Shown here: positions 29,134-38,717 of the stretch, piece by piece
Layout of the letters: each line of letters begins with the position of its first letter
Numbering within the stretch: the stretch's first letter is position 1
Source of the DNA: a virus
IMG/VR virus record: IMGVR_UViG_3300028802_000011
Span: 2,873 to 66,872 of that record
Length of the DNA stretch: 64,000 bases
Reading direction: 5' to 3' (one strand)
Translations under genes and position numbers: made by a program
Notes under the pieces: generated by a model
The model's database searches: none
Seen by the model: the letters and a program-made list of their open reading frames with translations, nothing else
What the model was told of the DNA's origin: nothing

Positions 29134-29162
29134 TTGCGCTTCCTACTGGTATGCCCTATCTT
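29134..29162 (+). promoter_or_regulatory. Sigma70-type promoter P2
   Basis: TTGCGC-17bp-TATCTT; shares CATCACTTTTCGCTTGC with P1; GTTGTTAAC at 29174-29182. Confidence 0.7.
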
Positions 29163-29226
29163 GTCATCAGTTGGTTGTTAACAGTCGCTGGTCAGAAAGG
29201 CCAGCCACTAACAAAGGAGAAAGCAA

Positions 29227-29592
29227 ATGTCCGAGACTCCCGTCGCCGCCACGGTCGCCCCCAAGGTCAAGCGTTCGCGTTTCGTCAGCCGGGTCGTGGA
29301 CGGCGCCGGCGGGAACATCCTGTTCATCGCCGAAGAGCGCAAGTCGGGCAACTTCATCACGTTCGCGAAGCACGAGTACCGCGACGCGACCACGAAGAAG
29401 GTCGTGAAGGAGAAGTCGAAGGGACGCGGTGCCACGTCGGAGCACACGTCGTTCGAGGACGCCAAGAAGGCCGCGCAGGCCGGTATCACGGCCGCGACGA
29501 AGGCCGGCTGGCAGCTCCGCGCGACCGGTGGCGGAGGCCAGGTCAAGGACTCCTTCGACCTCAACTCCCTGCCGAAGCCTGGCAAAAAGTAA
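29227..29592 (+). CDS. Basic hypothetical protein, monocistronic
   Basis: AAAGGAGA RBS, own promoter and terminator; Lys-rich. Confidence 0.8.
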   Translation: MSETPVAATVAPKVKRSRFVSRVVDGAGGNILFIAEERKSGNFITFAKHEYRDATTKKVVKEKSKGRGATSEHTSFEDAKKAAQAGITAATKAGWQLRATGGGGQVKDSFDLNSLPKPGKK

Positions 29593-29614
29593 CCCCTCAG
29601 GCGTTCCCACCTGC

Positions 29615-29652
29615 GAGCCCGTGGCCGAAAGGCCCGGGCTCAATTTCTTTTT
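29615..29652 (+). terminator. Intrinsic terminator
   Basis: GAGCCCG(T)GGCC-GAAA-GGCCCGGGCTC hairpin followed by AATTTCTTTTT. Confidence 0.8.
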
Positions 29653-29671
29653 GGCGACGTGAAGATTTCGC

Positions 29672-29700
29672 TTGCATTCGGTTAACAACTGGCCTATCAT
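29672..29700 (+). promoter_or_regulatory. Sigma70-type promoter P3 with operator in the spacer
   Basis: TTGCAT-17bp-TATCAT; GTTAACAAC (inverted operator) at 29681-29689. Confidence 0.75.
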
Positions 29701-29724
29701 GTGTGCAGTATTGGAGGCTGATCG

Positions 29725-30069
29725 ATGATCGAGCTGATCGACGATGCCGGCGCCAAGATGATCCTTCAGGATCTCGGGGCAAGTACCGCCGTGTTCCACC
29801 TGCCAGCGTCGGCAGGTATGTCGAAGGCTGTCGTGCCGCATGCGTGCCAGGCCGTCCTGGATCGCGCCATTGCTGCCGGCTGGCACCTGGCGCCGGCTGC
29901 GCCGGACGTCGCGGCACAGCGCGAAGCACAGCGTCGGGCCGATATGGCCTACGTCCCGCAGGTGCGCCCGCAGGTGCAGGCCGAACCCAAGCGTCCGCCT
30001 GTGGCTGCATCTACGCCCCGCAGGGACGCGTTCGACCTCACGTCGCTGCCGGCGCCGGCATCTTTCTAG
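29725..30069 (+). CDS. Hypothetical protein, distant paralog of 29227-29592
   Basis: GGAGG RBS; shared A.QA....A..AGW.L and D.FDL.SLP.P motifs. Confidence 0.7.
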   Translation: MIELIDDAGAKMILQDLGASTAVFHLPASAGMSKAVVPHACQAVLDRAIAAGWHLAPAAPDVAAQREAQRRADMAYVPQVRPQVQAEPKRPPVAASTPRRDAFDLTSLPAPASF

Positions 30070-30079
30070 GAGACCTGTG

Positions 30080-30543
30080 ATGCCCGTCACAAACTACGAT
30101 CCATCTCTCGTTTGGGCCTGTCTGGCCTGCAACTGGACCGGTCATCACCCCGATGACCACGTCGAGGACCACAGTCACTTCGAGTACGCATCCAACGAAG
30201 GTGACCACATCAGTTATCACCTGCACTGGGCCAAGGACGAAGACGCTGGCACTTGGTGCGGGCGCAGCAACGAACGTCACGCGTTCATCGCTGACCGTGT
30301 CGACCTGGTCACGTGCGACGAGTGCATCGAGGCGAGGGGCTGATGTACTGCGCACTGTGCCATCACAAGCTCGTCTTCGCTGCGCCGGCAGTGTGCGAAA
30401 CCGGCTGCCGTCACAAGTGCGAACCCTGCGAGACGTGCGAAGAGGACGTGAAGCCTTCGCATCGCGGTTCGCGCAACTGTCAATCGGGGTCCGTCAATAG
30501 TGGCGGGAAGGAGTCGCACTGTTCGTGTGACACGTGTTTCTAA
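30080..30543 (+). other. Two small Cys/His-rich ORFs (30080-30343, 30343-30543)
   Basis: CxxC motifs; TGATG coupling. Confidence 0.55.
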
Positions 30544-30554
30544 GTGAGGCCTCG

Positions 30555-31403
30555 ATGAGCTTCGTTGCACCTGCACTCGCGTCGCCATTGAAGGACCATC
30601 TCATCACTCCCAATCTTTGGAGTGCTGAAGAGAAGTTCGATGGACATCGATTGATAGTCCGTGTCGGCGACAAAACTAGCAGAACTCTCTTTGAAGCCGC
30701 GAATGACGAGACTGGCATCCGGGCCTGGTCCCGTGACGAGAAGGACCGGATCCTGCCGCCACATCTTCGTGAGTCACTCCGTCGCCTCCCTGATGGCATC
30801 TACGACGGCGAACTCCTCGTCCCCGGCCGTCGTAGCTTCGACGTGACTGTACTCGAGAACGTCAACAAGCTCGTCTTCATGGTCTTCGACGTAGTTCAGC
30901 TCCTCGGAAGGGACCTCACGTTCCAGGCTCCTGTGATGGCGTCGTACGACGAGCGCCGCAGTCTGCTCGAGGAGATCTTCCGCGACGAGCGACCAGGAGT
31001 GAAACTGGCCTGGAGTAAGATCATCAAGTCACGTGACGAGATATCGGTGCTCGCGAAGGAAGTTTGGGCCAGAGACGGTGAAGGCCTCATCCTGAAGCGA
31101 CGGGCCTCGCCGTATGCGCCAGGCAAGCGAACGAAGGACTGGCTCAAGATCAAGCAGCTCAGGTCAGCGGTCTTGACAGTCATAGGCTTCACGGCTGGCA
31201 CCATGGGTCAGCACTCGGTGACACTCCTGCGTGACGAGGAGGGATACGAGACGTCGGTGAAGTGGAAGAACCTGGATCTGCTCAGGCAAGTCGAAAGCGA
31301 TCCGGACAAGTTCGTCGGGCGTCGTTTGATGATTGAATATCAAGAGCGCACTCCCGACGGAGGCTATCGTCATCCCAGGTGGGATCGATGGGAGACCGAA
31401 TGA
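30555..31403 (+). CDS. ATP-dependent DNA ligase
   Basis: EEKFDGHR (motif I), YDGEL, VFDV, EGLILK, WLKIK, YRHPRW. Confidence 0.92.
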   Translation: MSFVAPALASPLKDHLITPNLWSAEEKFDGHRLIVRVGDKTSRTLFEAANDETGIRAWSRDEKDRILPPHLRESLRRLPDGIYDGELLVPGRRSFDVTVLENVNKLVFMVFDVVQLLGRDLTFQAPVMASYDERRSLLEEIFRDERPGVKLAWSKIIKSRDEISVLAKEVWARDGEGLILKRRASPYAPGKRTKDWLKIKQLRSAVLTVIGFTAGTMGQHSVTLLRDEEGYETSVKWKNLDLLRQVESDPDKFVGRRLMIEYQERTPDGGYRHPRWDRWETE

Positions 31404-32536
31404 AAATCACAGGCTCGTGCTATCTGTCGCAGTGGGCAGTCGGGTTCGGGTGGGTGCGGCTCCATCATCAGCTCCTGTCTGTTAGCTTGCACCTGCTATG
31501 TTTCACTGTCTCACTCGAGACTAAATACTACCAGAGGATGAAGAAGGCTTCGGCACAGCGTAGGAGTAACGGATGACCATAACTGTCAAGTGCCTGATGT
31601 GCAAAATGGAGTTTCCTGCGAACGTAGCATCCTTCGTTTGCTTCGCATGCTGGGCTGAAGGAGATCCATTCGAGCTCTGCAGCCAGGAGTGCGCCGACGA
31701 TCACGCCGCCTATCACACTAACAGAACACTGCGCGACATGCCGTGTTCACCGATGGTGATGTGATGATCGAGCCTAGAGACGCTCGCCACGAAGTCCTGT
31801 TAGATGATCTTCAGACCATGATCCTGATGGAGATGACCTTCAAGAACTGCACTGGCGCGATATCCATCTGCCACAACGATCACGCGTTCTATCACGCGCG
31901 CCTCCTTGGAACCCTCGGTCTTGGGATTCTGGGACGAGATCTGGATCCCTTTGACAGTTGTCGTTGCACGTACAACTTCACGTGCGGATTCTGTCTTCGT
32001 GCCGCAACGTGGAGGGATACCAGATGCAAGTGAAGTGTCATCTCATCTGCCACGACTACAATCACAACGGGCCAGGTGGATGCGGGAATATCTACTGCTG
32101 GAAGTATCACCCCGATGAGCCTCGTGAGTACCAGCCGGTTCGTTCGATGGGATGCCAGTGCGTCAGCGCTGAAGGAATGCGGAAGACTGACGAGGCCTGG
32201 GGAAGGAGCCAGGTCAACATGAGGAGTGACTCAGCAATCAAGATCGAGCTCAAGGTCAAAGGTGAAGTGAAGAACGAGAAGGAGCTGGACTCTGTGGTTC
32301 AGTTCATCCAAGATGCCGGGTTTGACGTGTTCATCGAAAAGAAGGAGACAAGTGATGGAGGACGAAGCAGTGAGTGACCAGTTGAGCCGCATGAGCGAAC
32401 GCATTTCAAAGCTGGAGCTTCAGGCCCTGCGCCAAAAGAGGATCAACAAGTACATCCTCGTCTTGCTCGGCCTGCTCCTTCGTCGTTCGGGCAAACTGAC
32501 TTTCACTTACGAGGCCCTCCAGAAAGTTGTCAACGA

Positions 32537-32785
32537 GTGAACTGGCGATTCTTCGTTCCCACCTTCGCCATCGCTCTGGTGTTCTTTGTATCTCTTCTGT
32601 CGTGCGACGACGAGAAGATGCGCCCGATGAAGTCTTACTGTGTCAACGGGAAGACAGTCAACGCGATCTACTATGTTCCTCGCGGGGCCTGTGTGACGTT
32701 CTACGACAGGAAGAACTTCTTCTCTGACAGAGAGATCCTCGTTCTGTGTGGTGAGGTTCGAATTGAAGGAGGACCCTGTAAGTGA
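32537..32785 (+). CDS. Small predicted lipoprotein
   Basis: Hydrophobic signal ending SLLS-C. Confidence 0.5.
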   Translation: MNWRFFVPTFAIALVFFVSLLSCDDEKMRPMKSYCVNGKTVNAIYYVPRGACVTFYDRKNFFSDREILVLCGEVRIEGGPCK

Positions 32786-33642
32786 TCCTTGACGACATGA
32801 TCGCGGCTGCACCGTACCTGCGGCCCTGGTTCCAGGATGCGCACGTCGTCCGCGTTCCGTTCGAGGTGTTCCCTTTGAACGTGAGTGACGAGACCATCTA
32901 CTGGACAGACTCGGCGAAGATCCAATCGATTGTCCCAAAGACGATTGACGATGAGTGGACTCGTTCGCCATATCCATGTTTTATCATGGTCAGCCAGAAT
33001 CGCGAGCCGTCGTGTGTTCATGTCATCGAACATGAAGGCCAGTACGCAGCGACGACGTTCATCTTGTACAAGAACGCCGTGATGATCTGCAACGTTGTCA
33101 GAGTGTTCCTTGAGAAGGAACCGAACGCCATTCGCTGTGAAGTCCCAATCACCGGTGACGCGATGTTTGAGAAGATCGATAGCCTCGAGCGGATGTTCCG
33201 CGGTCTCAACGACAGTGAAGCCTATGCTTCACTAGGACTCGAGCGCATCCGCGAAGGCTTCAACCGTGAGCACACGGAGTTCGACGCTCAACACATCAGC
33301 GTCCGCCTGCTGGCAACCCTGGCCCTGTTCAACTGCCGCAACATAACCAGTGAGGAAGTGCGCCCTCCTGCGCGCCTACAGAAGGCCAGGCAGCGACAGG
33401 GCAGGCTCCCCTTACTGCGGCACCATGTGCTCACGGTGCATCGCGTAGGGAAAGCCTGGCGCGTCGGTGAAAGCACTGGCAAGGGTGAGCCGCTTGCTCT
33501 GCACTGGGTTCGCGGTCACTTCAAGTCGTACACATCAGCGAAGCCACTCCTCGGAAGGCACGTCGGTCGATTCTGGTTCTCGCCGCACCTGGCAGGGAAA
33601 GCAGACAGAGCAGTGACCAAAGAGTACAGACTGGAGGAGTAG
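32782..33642 (+). CDS. Conserved phage protein of unknown function
   Basis: C-terminal HWVRGHFK...RFWFSPHLAG motif, common in phage hypotheticals. Confidence 0.65.
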   Translation: MILDDMIAAAPYLRPWFQDAHVVRVPFEVFPLNVSDETIYWTDSAKIQSIVPKTIDDEWTRSPYPCFIMVSQNREPSCVHVIEHEGQYAATTFILYKNAVMICNVVRVFLEKEPNAIRCEVPITGDAMFEKIDSLERMFRGLNDSEAYASLGLERIREGFNREHTEFDAQHISVRLLATLALFNCRNITSEEVRPPARLQKARQRQGRLPLLRHHVLTVHRVGKAWRVGESTGKGEPLALHWVRGHFKSYTSAKPLLGRHVGRFWFSPHLAGKADRAVTKEYRLEE

Positions 33643-34023
33643 ATGAAGCACGAGGATGAGTTCGAGGAGGTGCAGAAAGTCCCCGAGCCGGAAGAGAAAC
33701 CAAAGCGATCCAAGAAGGATGACTCCGAGAAGTGGGATCGTGAGGCCGGCGTCTACAAGAACTGGCGTCCTCCCAACTGGGCTTCAGAGAATTCGAGGAG
33801 GTTGTGATGGATACGTCTGGACAGATCAAGATGATCGCTAAGAACTTTCGTCAGCAAGCGGAGGTCGCAGAGCAGATGGAGCTGATCTTCGTCATGCGTC
33901 AGCGATTGAGCCACTACTTTCTGATGACTGAGCTTCAAGATCTTTCATATGAGGATCTCAGGGATCTCTACATCCTTTGCCTCAGAGAAATTGCACAGGA
34001 CCCAGAACAGGAAATCCAGTAAC

Positions 34024-34425
34024 GTGGGCTGCGATATCCATCTTCACATCGAGGTCATGTTGGGAGGAGTGTGGCATCACTGGTCTACACCACACATCTC
34101 TCGTTACTATGACTTGTTTGAGAAGATGGCCGGAGTGCGCGGCAAGACATCGAATGCCCTTGCGCCTCCTCGCGGACTTCCACACGACGTCACTGTTCTC
34201 ACGATGTATTGTTACGAGCAAGAGAACGGCGATGCTCACACAATGAGCTGGCTCGGGGCCAAAGAAATCGCTGACCTCTACGACTGGTTCGAACAGAAGT
34301 ATGGAGAACCGTTCGAGAGTATACTCCACTGCTATCTGCTTGGCAGTGGTCTTGAAAGTGTTTGGAAGTATCCCGAAGACCGCGAGTTCGATGACGTGAG
34401 ATTCATCTTCTGGTTTGACAATTAA
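34024..34425 (+). CDS. Conserved phage protein (MGCDIH...FWFDN type)
   Basis: GCDIHLHIE start, RGLPHD, HTMSWL, RFIFWFDN end. Confidence 0.7.
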   Translation: MGCDIHLHIEVMLGGVWHHWSTPHISRYYDLFEKMAGVRGKTSNALAPPRGLPHDVTVLTMYCYEQENGDAHTMSWLGAKEIADLYDWFEQKYGEPFESILHCYLLGSGLESVWKYPEDREFDDVRFIFWFDN

Positions 34426-34433
34426 GGAGTGAC

Positions 34434-34736
34434 ATGACAACACTCAAGATCGGCCCTCGTGAAGTTCGTCTGTCGGAGATCGATCCAGGTGAGATGGCGA
34501 TAACACCTGGTGGTGACTCGAAGCTCGAGACGAGGCTTGACTTCAGGTGCAACTTGTCGATGCCTCAGATCCTTCACTTCTCCAAGCTCATGGCGAATCG
34601 ATGGAGTGAGAAGATGGAGTACGCAGACGAGACAGGCCGGCGATTCGTATTCAGGGCCAAGATCTGTGGAGTCACGTGGAGCAGTGTCGTGATGCTGGTC
34701 GAAGGCGGGATTACCGATCTCGGTCATGCCCAGTAA
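34434..34736 (+). CDS. Hypothetical protein
   Basis: AAGGAG RBS; overlaps the polymerase start. Confidence 0.55.
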   Translation: MTTLKIGPREVRLSEIDPGEMAITPGGDSKLETRLDFRCNLSMPQILHFSKLMANRWSEKMEYADETGRRFVFRAKICGVTWSSVVMLVEGGITDLGHAQ

Positions 34737-36630
34737 CTCCAAGTACGGGAAGACTCAGAGCATGAGCCTCATGGATAGCATGCGCCATCCTGTGAGGCAC
34801 TCATGGAGACCTGATGAGCCTCCGTCTGTCATCGACGCCGATACGGTCTACATCGACTTCGAGACAACAGGCCTGCGCTGGTGGGACAACGACATTCCAA
34901 TAGGCCTGGCGGTAGCATGGGGTTCCAAGGAGACCGGCTATAACAGCCGCTATTTGCCCTGGGGACACGCGGGCGGGAACCTCAGCGAGGATGCTGTGCG
35001 CCGCTGGGCTAAGACCGTCCTGGCTGGCAAGCGGCTCGTAGGCTCGAAGATTCAATTCGACTGTCACATGGGGTTCAAGTGGGGAGTGGACTTCGAGGCG
35101 ATGGGTTGCCTCCTCGGAGACGTCGGACTCCAGGCAGCCCTCCTCGATGACCATCGCCGTAGGTTTGGCCTTGAGTACATCTCGCAGGAACACCTGGGAC
35201 GCGGCAAGAGGCAGATGCCGTTCATCAAGGACATGCGGCACACTCACGCCGGCGAAGTCCACGAGTATGCCGAGGATGACGTGCTCCTCTGTCTCTGGCT
35301 CGAGGAGAAGTTCTTCCCCATGCTCGAGGAGCAAGAGCTCCATGAAGTTCGGGAGCTTGAGGAGGAGGTCATCTACTCCACATGCGAGATGGAGCGCAAC
35401 GGAGTCTATCTCGACGTTGAGAAGCTTGAGCTGTGGTCGAACCAGATTCAGCACATCATCCAGAAGCTTCTGTGGGAGCTCACTCGTGAAGTGGGATTCA
35501 AGGTTGAGCCTGGTGACCGTGACTGTCTGAGTAGGATCTTCAAGAAGCTGGGCATCACGAATCCCTACCGGACTGCAGTCAAGGACGAAGAGAGCTTCAC
35601 CGATGCAGTGCTTGAACGCTTCGATCACCCGACTATCATGAAGCTCCGCCTGGTGCGGGAGTACATCAGCCTCGACAACAAATTCATTAAGAACTACAAA
35701 GCGAAAGTTGATAGGAACGGTCTCCTTCGTTATGCTCTTCACCAAGTAGCAACAGATGATGGAGGTACAGTCTCCGGGAGATACTCGAGCTCGGGGCTCA
35801 ATCGCACAGAGGGTGTCAACATCCAACAAGTCGCGAAGCCCTCTAAGCAAAAGATCACTCTCAAGAAACTCGAGAAGAGTGGGCTCCTCAAGATTTATCC
35901 GTGGCTCAAGGAGTTCATCGTTCGTGATCTGTTCATCCCAGAGCCAGGCCAGGTCTGGGGGAAAGCAGACGCGAAGCAAATCGAGTATCGTCTGTTCGGA
36001 CACTTCAGTGAGGCTCCCAAAGTTCTGGCAGCCTACGCCAAAGATCCGGAGACTGACTTCCATAACTTCGTGATGACCATGATCCAGGCGACGAAGCCTG
36101 ACATCACGAGAGACCGCACTAAGGATCTGAACTTCGCCAAGATCTACGGCGCCGGCCTGAAGAAGATCGCGGTGATGCTGGGCTATCGCAGCCCAACGGA
36201 GCCGATGACGAGTGACGTTGGAGTAGCTGAAGTCAAGCCGTTCGTCGAGGCTTATGACGCCGAGTTCCCCGAAGCGAAGAAGCTCCTCAACAAAGCTAGC
36301 AAGCTCGCCGAAGCCCGTGGCTATGTCAAGACCATCATGGGCCGACGGGCTAGGTTCATTCGCGGGGAGTTCAGTCACGCGGCGCTGAACCGCGTCATCC
36401 AAGGAAGCGCAGCCGACATCCAGAAGCAGAAGTCGGTCGAGCTCTATCGCACAAGGAAGCAGACTGGCATCAAGCTCCGCTACTGTGTGCATGACGAGTT
36501 TGATTTTGACGCACCTAACAAAGAAGCCGTCGAGCACGTGAAGCAGATCCTCGACAAGCAGAGCTTCGACTTGAAAGTTCCAATCCTGTGGGACGTGAAC
36601 TACGGGGTGAACTGGGGAGCATGCAAGTGA
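34726..36630 (+). CDS. polA: Family A DNA polymerase with 3'-5' exonuclease
   Basis: IDFETTGL, YAEDD, SGRYSS, ADAKQIEYR (A), RTKDLNFAKIYG (B), IQGSAAD, VHDE (C). Confidence 0.95.
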   Translation: MPSNSKYGKTQSMSLMDSMRHPVRHSWRPDEPPSVIDADTVYIDFETTGLRWWDNDIPIGLAVAWGSKETGYNSRYLPWGHAGGNLSEDAVRRWAKTVLAGKRLVGSKIQFDCHMGFKWGVDFEAMGCLLGDVGLQAALLDDHRRRFGLEYISQEHLGRGKRQMPFIKDMRHTHAGEVHEYAEDDVLLCLWLEEKFFPMLEEQELHEVRELEEEVIYSTCEMERNGVYLDVEKLELWSNQIQHIIQKLLWELTREVGFKVEPGDRDCLSRIFKKLGITNPYRTAVKDEESFTDAVLERFDHPTIMKLRLVREYISLDNKFIKNYKAKVDRNGLLRYALHQVATDDGGTVSGRYSSSGLNRTEGVNIQQVAKPSKQKITLKKLEKSGLLKIYPWLKEFIVRDLFIPEPGQVWGKADAKQIEYRLFGHFSEAPKVLAAYAKDPETDFHNFVMTMIQATKPDITRDRTKDLNFAKIYGAGLKKIAVMLGYRSPTEPMTSDVGVAEVKPFVEAYDAEFPEAKKLLNKASKLAEARGYVKTIMGRRARFIRGEFSHAALNRVIQGSAADIQKQKSVELYRTRKQTGIKLRYCVHDEFDFDAPNKEAVEHVKQILDKQSFDLKVPILWDVNYGVNWGACK

Positions 36631-37193
36631 AGAGACCACACGAAGTCAAGCTCGGTCATCTCATCACGGATGGCGATACGATGCGCGACGCGATCCACAT
36701 CGCCGTTGCTCCATGCAAGAACGGCGAAGGCGAGCCTCTCTACCCTGGTCAGCGTGTTGGCCTGCGGCCGAACTCCTCGGACCGAGCCTGTTCCAGCGAC
36801 AACCCGATCGGCATCGTTGATCCGTACCTCGACGAGTACGTCAAGCCAGGTGAATGGTTCTGGGTGCTTCTGTTCCCTCAGACAATCACGAGCCTTCGCC
36901 ATCAGTGGGCACATCCTGCTTTCGATGGAGGGCAGGAACAAGACGAAGACGTGAGAGTCGGTAAGAAAGCCAAGTCGCTCGAGTGGCTGAAAGCTCACGA
37001 AGAAACATTCGGGTTCAAGTCTGAAGATCTTATAGCTGAAGTGGAAGGGAGTGATGAGCACTTCAGCTTCGGAACAACATCAGGACCCGACTGGGCTCAG
37101 ACGAAAGAATTCTGGGATCACATGGAGAACATCACAGGCAAGGCGTTTGATGACGAACACCGCGAGAACACGTATTTCAGTTGTGGGTGTTAA
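36621..37193 (+). CDS. Conserved phage hypothetical protein
   Basis: RDAIHIAV, GIVDPYL, ITSLRHQWAHP. Confidence 0.65.
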   Translation: MQVKRPHEVKLGHLITDGDTMRDAIHIAVAPCKNGEGEPLYPGQRVGLRPNSSDRACSSDNPIGIVDPYLDEYVKPGEWFWVLLFPQTITSLRHQWAHPAFDGGQEQDEDVRVGKKAKSLEWLKAHEETFGFKSEDLIAEVEGSDEHFSFGTTSGPDWAQTKEFWDHMENITGKAFDDEHRENTYFSCGC

Positions 37194-37204
37194 GGAGGAA
37201 GTCA

Positions 37205-37684
37205 GTGCGAACGAAACAGGAAGTACTCGAGAAGTTGAAAGAGCCGCCCAGCAGTATGTTCGGCTTCGACTATGAGATCTACACGACTTACGTCAGCTTC
37301 GAGGAGTGCAAAGCTGCCGGCCTCACGAAGGAAGGAGCCACTGGCGCGGAGTGGGGAGTGCCTCACCCACTCACACGTGAACGTGTGTTGTCCGACATGG
37401 CCGATTACATGATGGGCTATGGATGGCCGAAGGCGCGCGATCATCGTGGGCTCAGCGCTGGCCGTACAATCGACAAGATGCGCGCGTGGATGTGGCTGTT
37501 GAAGGACGACTACATCGCAGTGAAGATTGACTCTGATGAGCTCAGTCACTTGAATTATGGATGCCCTATCCTCGAGGCCATCTGTAAGAGGTACGACTTC
37601 CCTATCCCTCAAGACGAGGACATTGCCCGTATGATCCGCGGCGAATCCTGTCAACCCAACTGTCAAGAAGGATGTGGACAATGA
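37205..37684 (+). CDS. Hypothetical protein
   Basis: AAGGAGG RBS; KARDHRGLSAGR. Confidence 0.6.
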   Translation: MRTKQEVLEKLKEPPSSMFGFDYEIYTTYVSFEECKAAGLTKEGATGAEWGVPHPLTRERVLSDMADYMMGYGWPKARDHRGLSAGRTIDKMRAWMWLLKDDYIAVKIDSDELSHLNYGCPILEAICKRYDFPIPQDEDIARMIRGESCQPNCQEGCGQ

Positions 37685-38520
37685 TCAGTTCTGACATGAC
37701 CGTCTTCATTCCAACCCTCAAACGAATCGGCATCAACAAGCAGATCACTCTGCGTGAGCTATTGACAAAGTCAAGCATCAAGCCTATCATCGTGTGCCCC
37801 GAAGACGAAGTGATGAAGCACGCCGCTTATCATCCTTCGGGATCCGCCGGCGTCTGGGGATGCCCTGTACCTGGGATTGGACCGACGAGGCAGTGGATCC
37901 TCGAACAGTCTGAAACCGAGGGCGTCGTGATGCTGGACGATGATCTGTACTTCAGCCAGCGTCAAGACCCGAACGCTCCAAGGCCTCTCATCAGATCCGA
38001 GAAATTGGATCCGATGTTCGACTGGATCCAAGCTCAACTCGACGCCGGCTTCGTTCACGGCGGCATCAGTGCTCGCCAGGGAAACCAGAACATCATGGTC
38101 GGCTGGACAGACTGCATCCGTGTCAACAACGCGCATTTCTTTAACGCCGAGAGATACCTCAATGAGAAGATGCGCTTCGACAATCTTCCGGTGATGGAGG
38201 ACTTCGACGTGACTCTCAGTCTGTTGTTGAGAGGCTACCCGAATCGCGTTGCGTATCATTACTGCTGGTCTCAAAGAGGAAGTGGCCTTGAAGGAGGCTG
38301 CTCGGGCTATCGCACAAAGGAGGTGCAGGCCCAGGCCGCGATGATGCTCCAGAACAAGTTTCCGGAGTTCGTGAAGCAGGTCACGAAGACGAGCATCTCC
38401 GGCGGGGAGCTCTTCGCCGGCGAGAGACAGGACGTGAACATCCAGTGGCTCAAGGCCTGGAACGCCAGGTCAACCGAAGACAACCTCCCTCGAACTGAAC
38501 TCCAACTCAAACGAAAGTGA
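37681..38520 (+). CDS. GT-A DNA base glycosyltransferase-like (TAGT/GREB1-type)
   Basis: VFIPT, TRQWIL, VVMLDDDL, MEDFDVTLSLLLRGYPN, GGCS resemble TET/JBP-associated glycosyltransferases. Confidence 0.7.
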   Translation: MISSDMTVFIPTLKRIGINKQITLRELLTKSSIKPIIVCPEDEVMKHAAYHPSGSAGVWGCPVPGIGPTRQWILEQSETEGVVMLDDDLYFSQRQDPNAPRPLIRSEKLDPMFDWIQAQLDAGFVHGGISARQGNQNIMVGWTDCIRVNNAHFFNAERYLNEKMRFDNLPVMEDFDVTLSLLLRGYPNRVAYHYCWSQRGSGLEGGCSGYRTKEVQAQAAMMLQNKFPEFVKQVTKTSISGGELFAGERQDVNIQWLKAWNARSTEDNLPRTELQLKRK

Positions 38521-38717
38521 GGCTGATTCAAATGCTCCGGCTAACCCACAAGGACGGTCATGACGTATGGCTCAGTGTCCTGCACGTCCTGTTCATTCGT
38601 TCCTATTCCGAGGAGGGTGGCTCGGTCATTGAGCTGACTTCGGGATCACACGTTTTCGTTCGTGAGAATCCCACCCAAGTTGCGGCTCTCGTGAACAGCA
38701 AGATGAGGGACCAGTGA
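38517..38717 (+). CDS. Small hypothetical protein
   Basis: Coupled on both sides; SVIELTSG..VFVRE. Confidence 0.55.
   Translation: MRLIQMLRLTHKDGHDVWLSVLHVLFIRSYSEEGGSVIELTSGSHVFVRENPTQVAALVNSKMRDQ

Noticed and set aside
28878-30080. 400-aa + strand ORF
   Set aside because: Arg/Gly-rich off-frame translation that crosses two promoters, a terminator and two better genes
34801-36639. Long minus-strand ORFs (also 7692-8951, 58104-59102, 61549-63180)
   Set aside because: Antisense shadows of well-supported + strand genes in GC-rich DNA; no motifs
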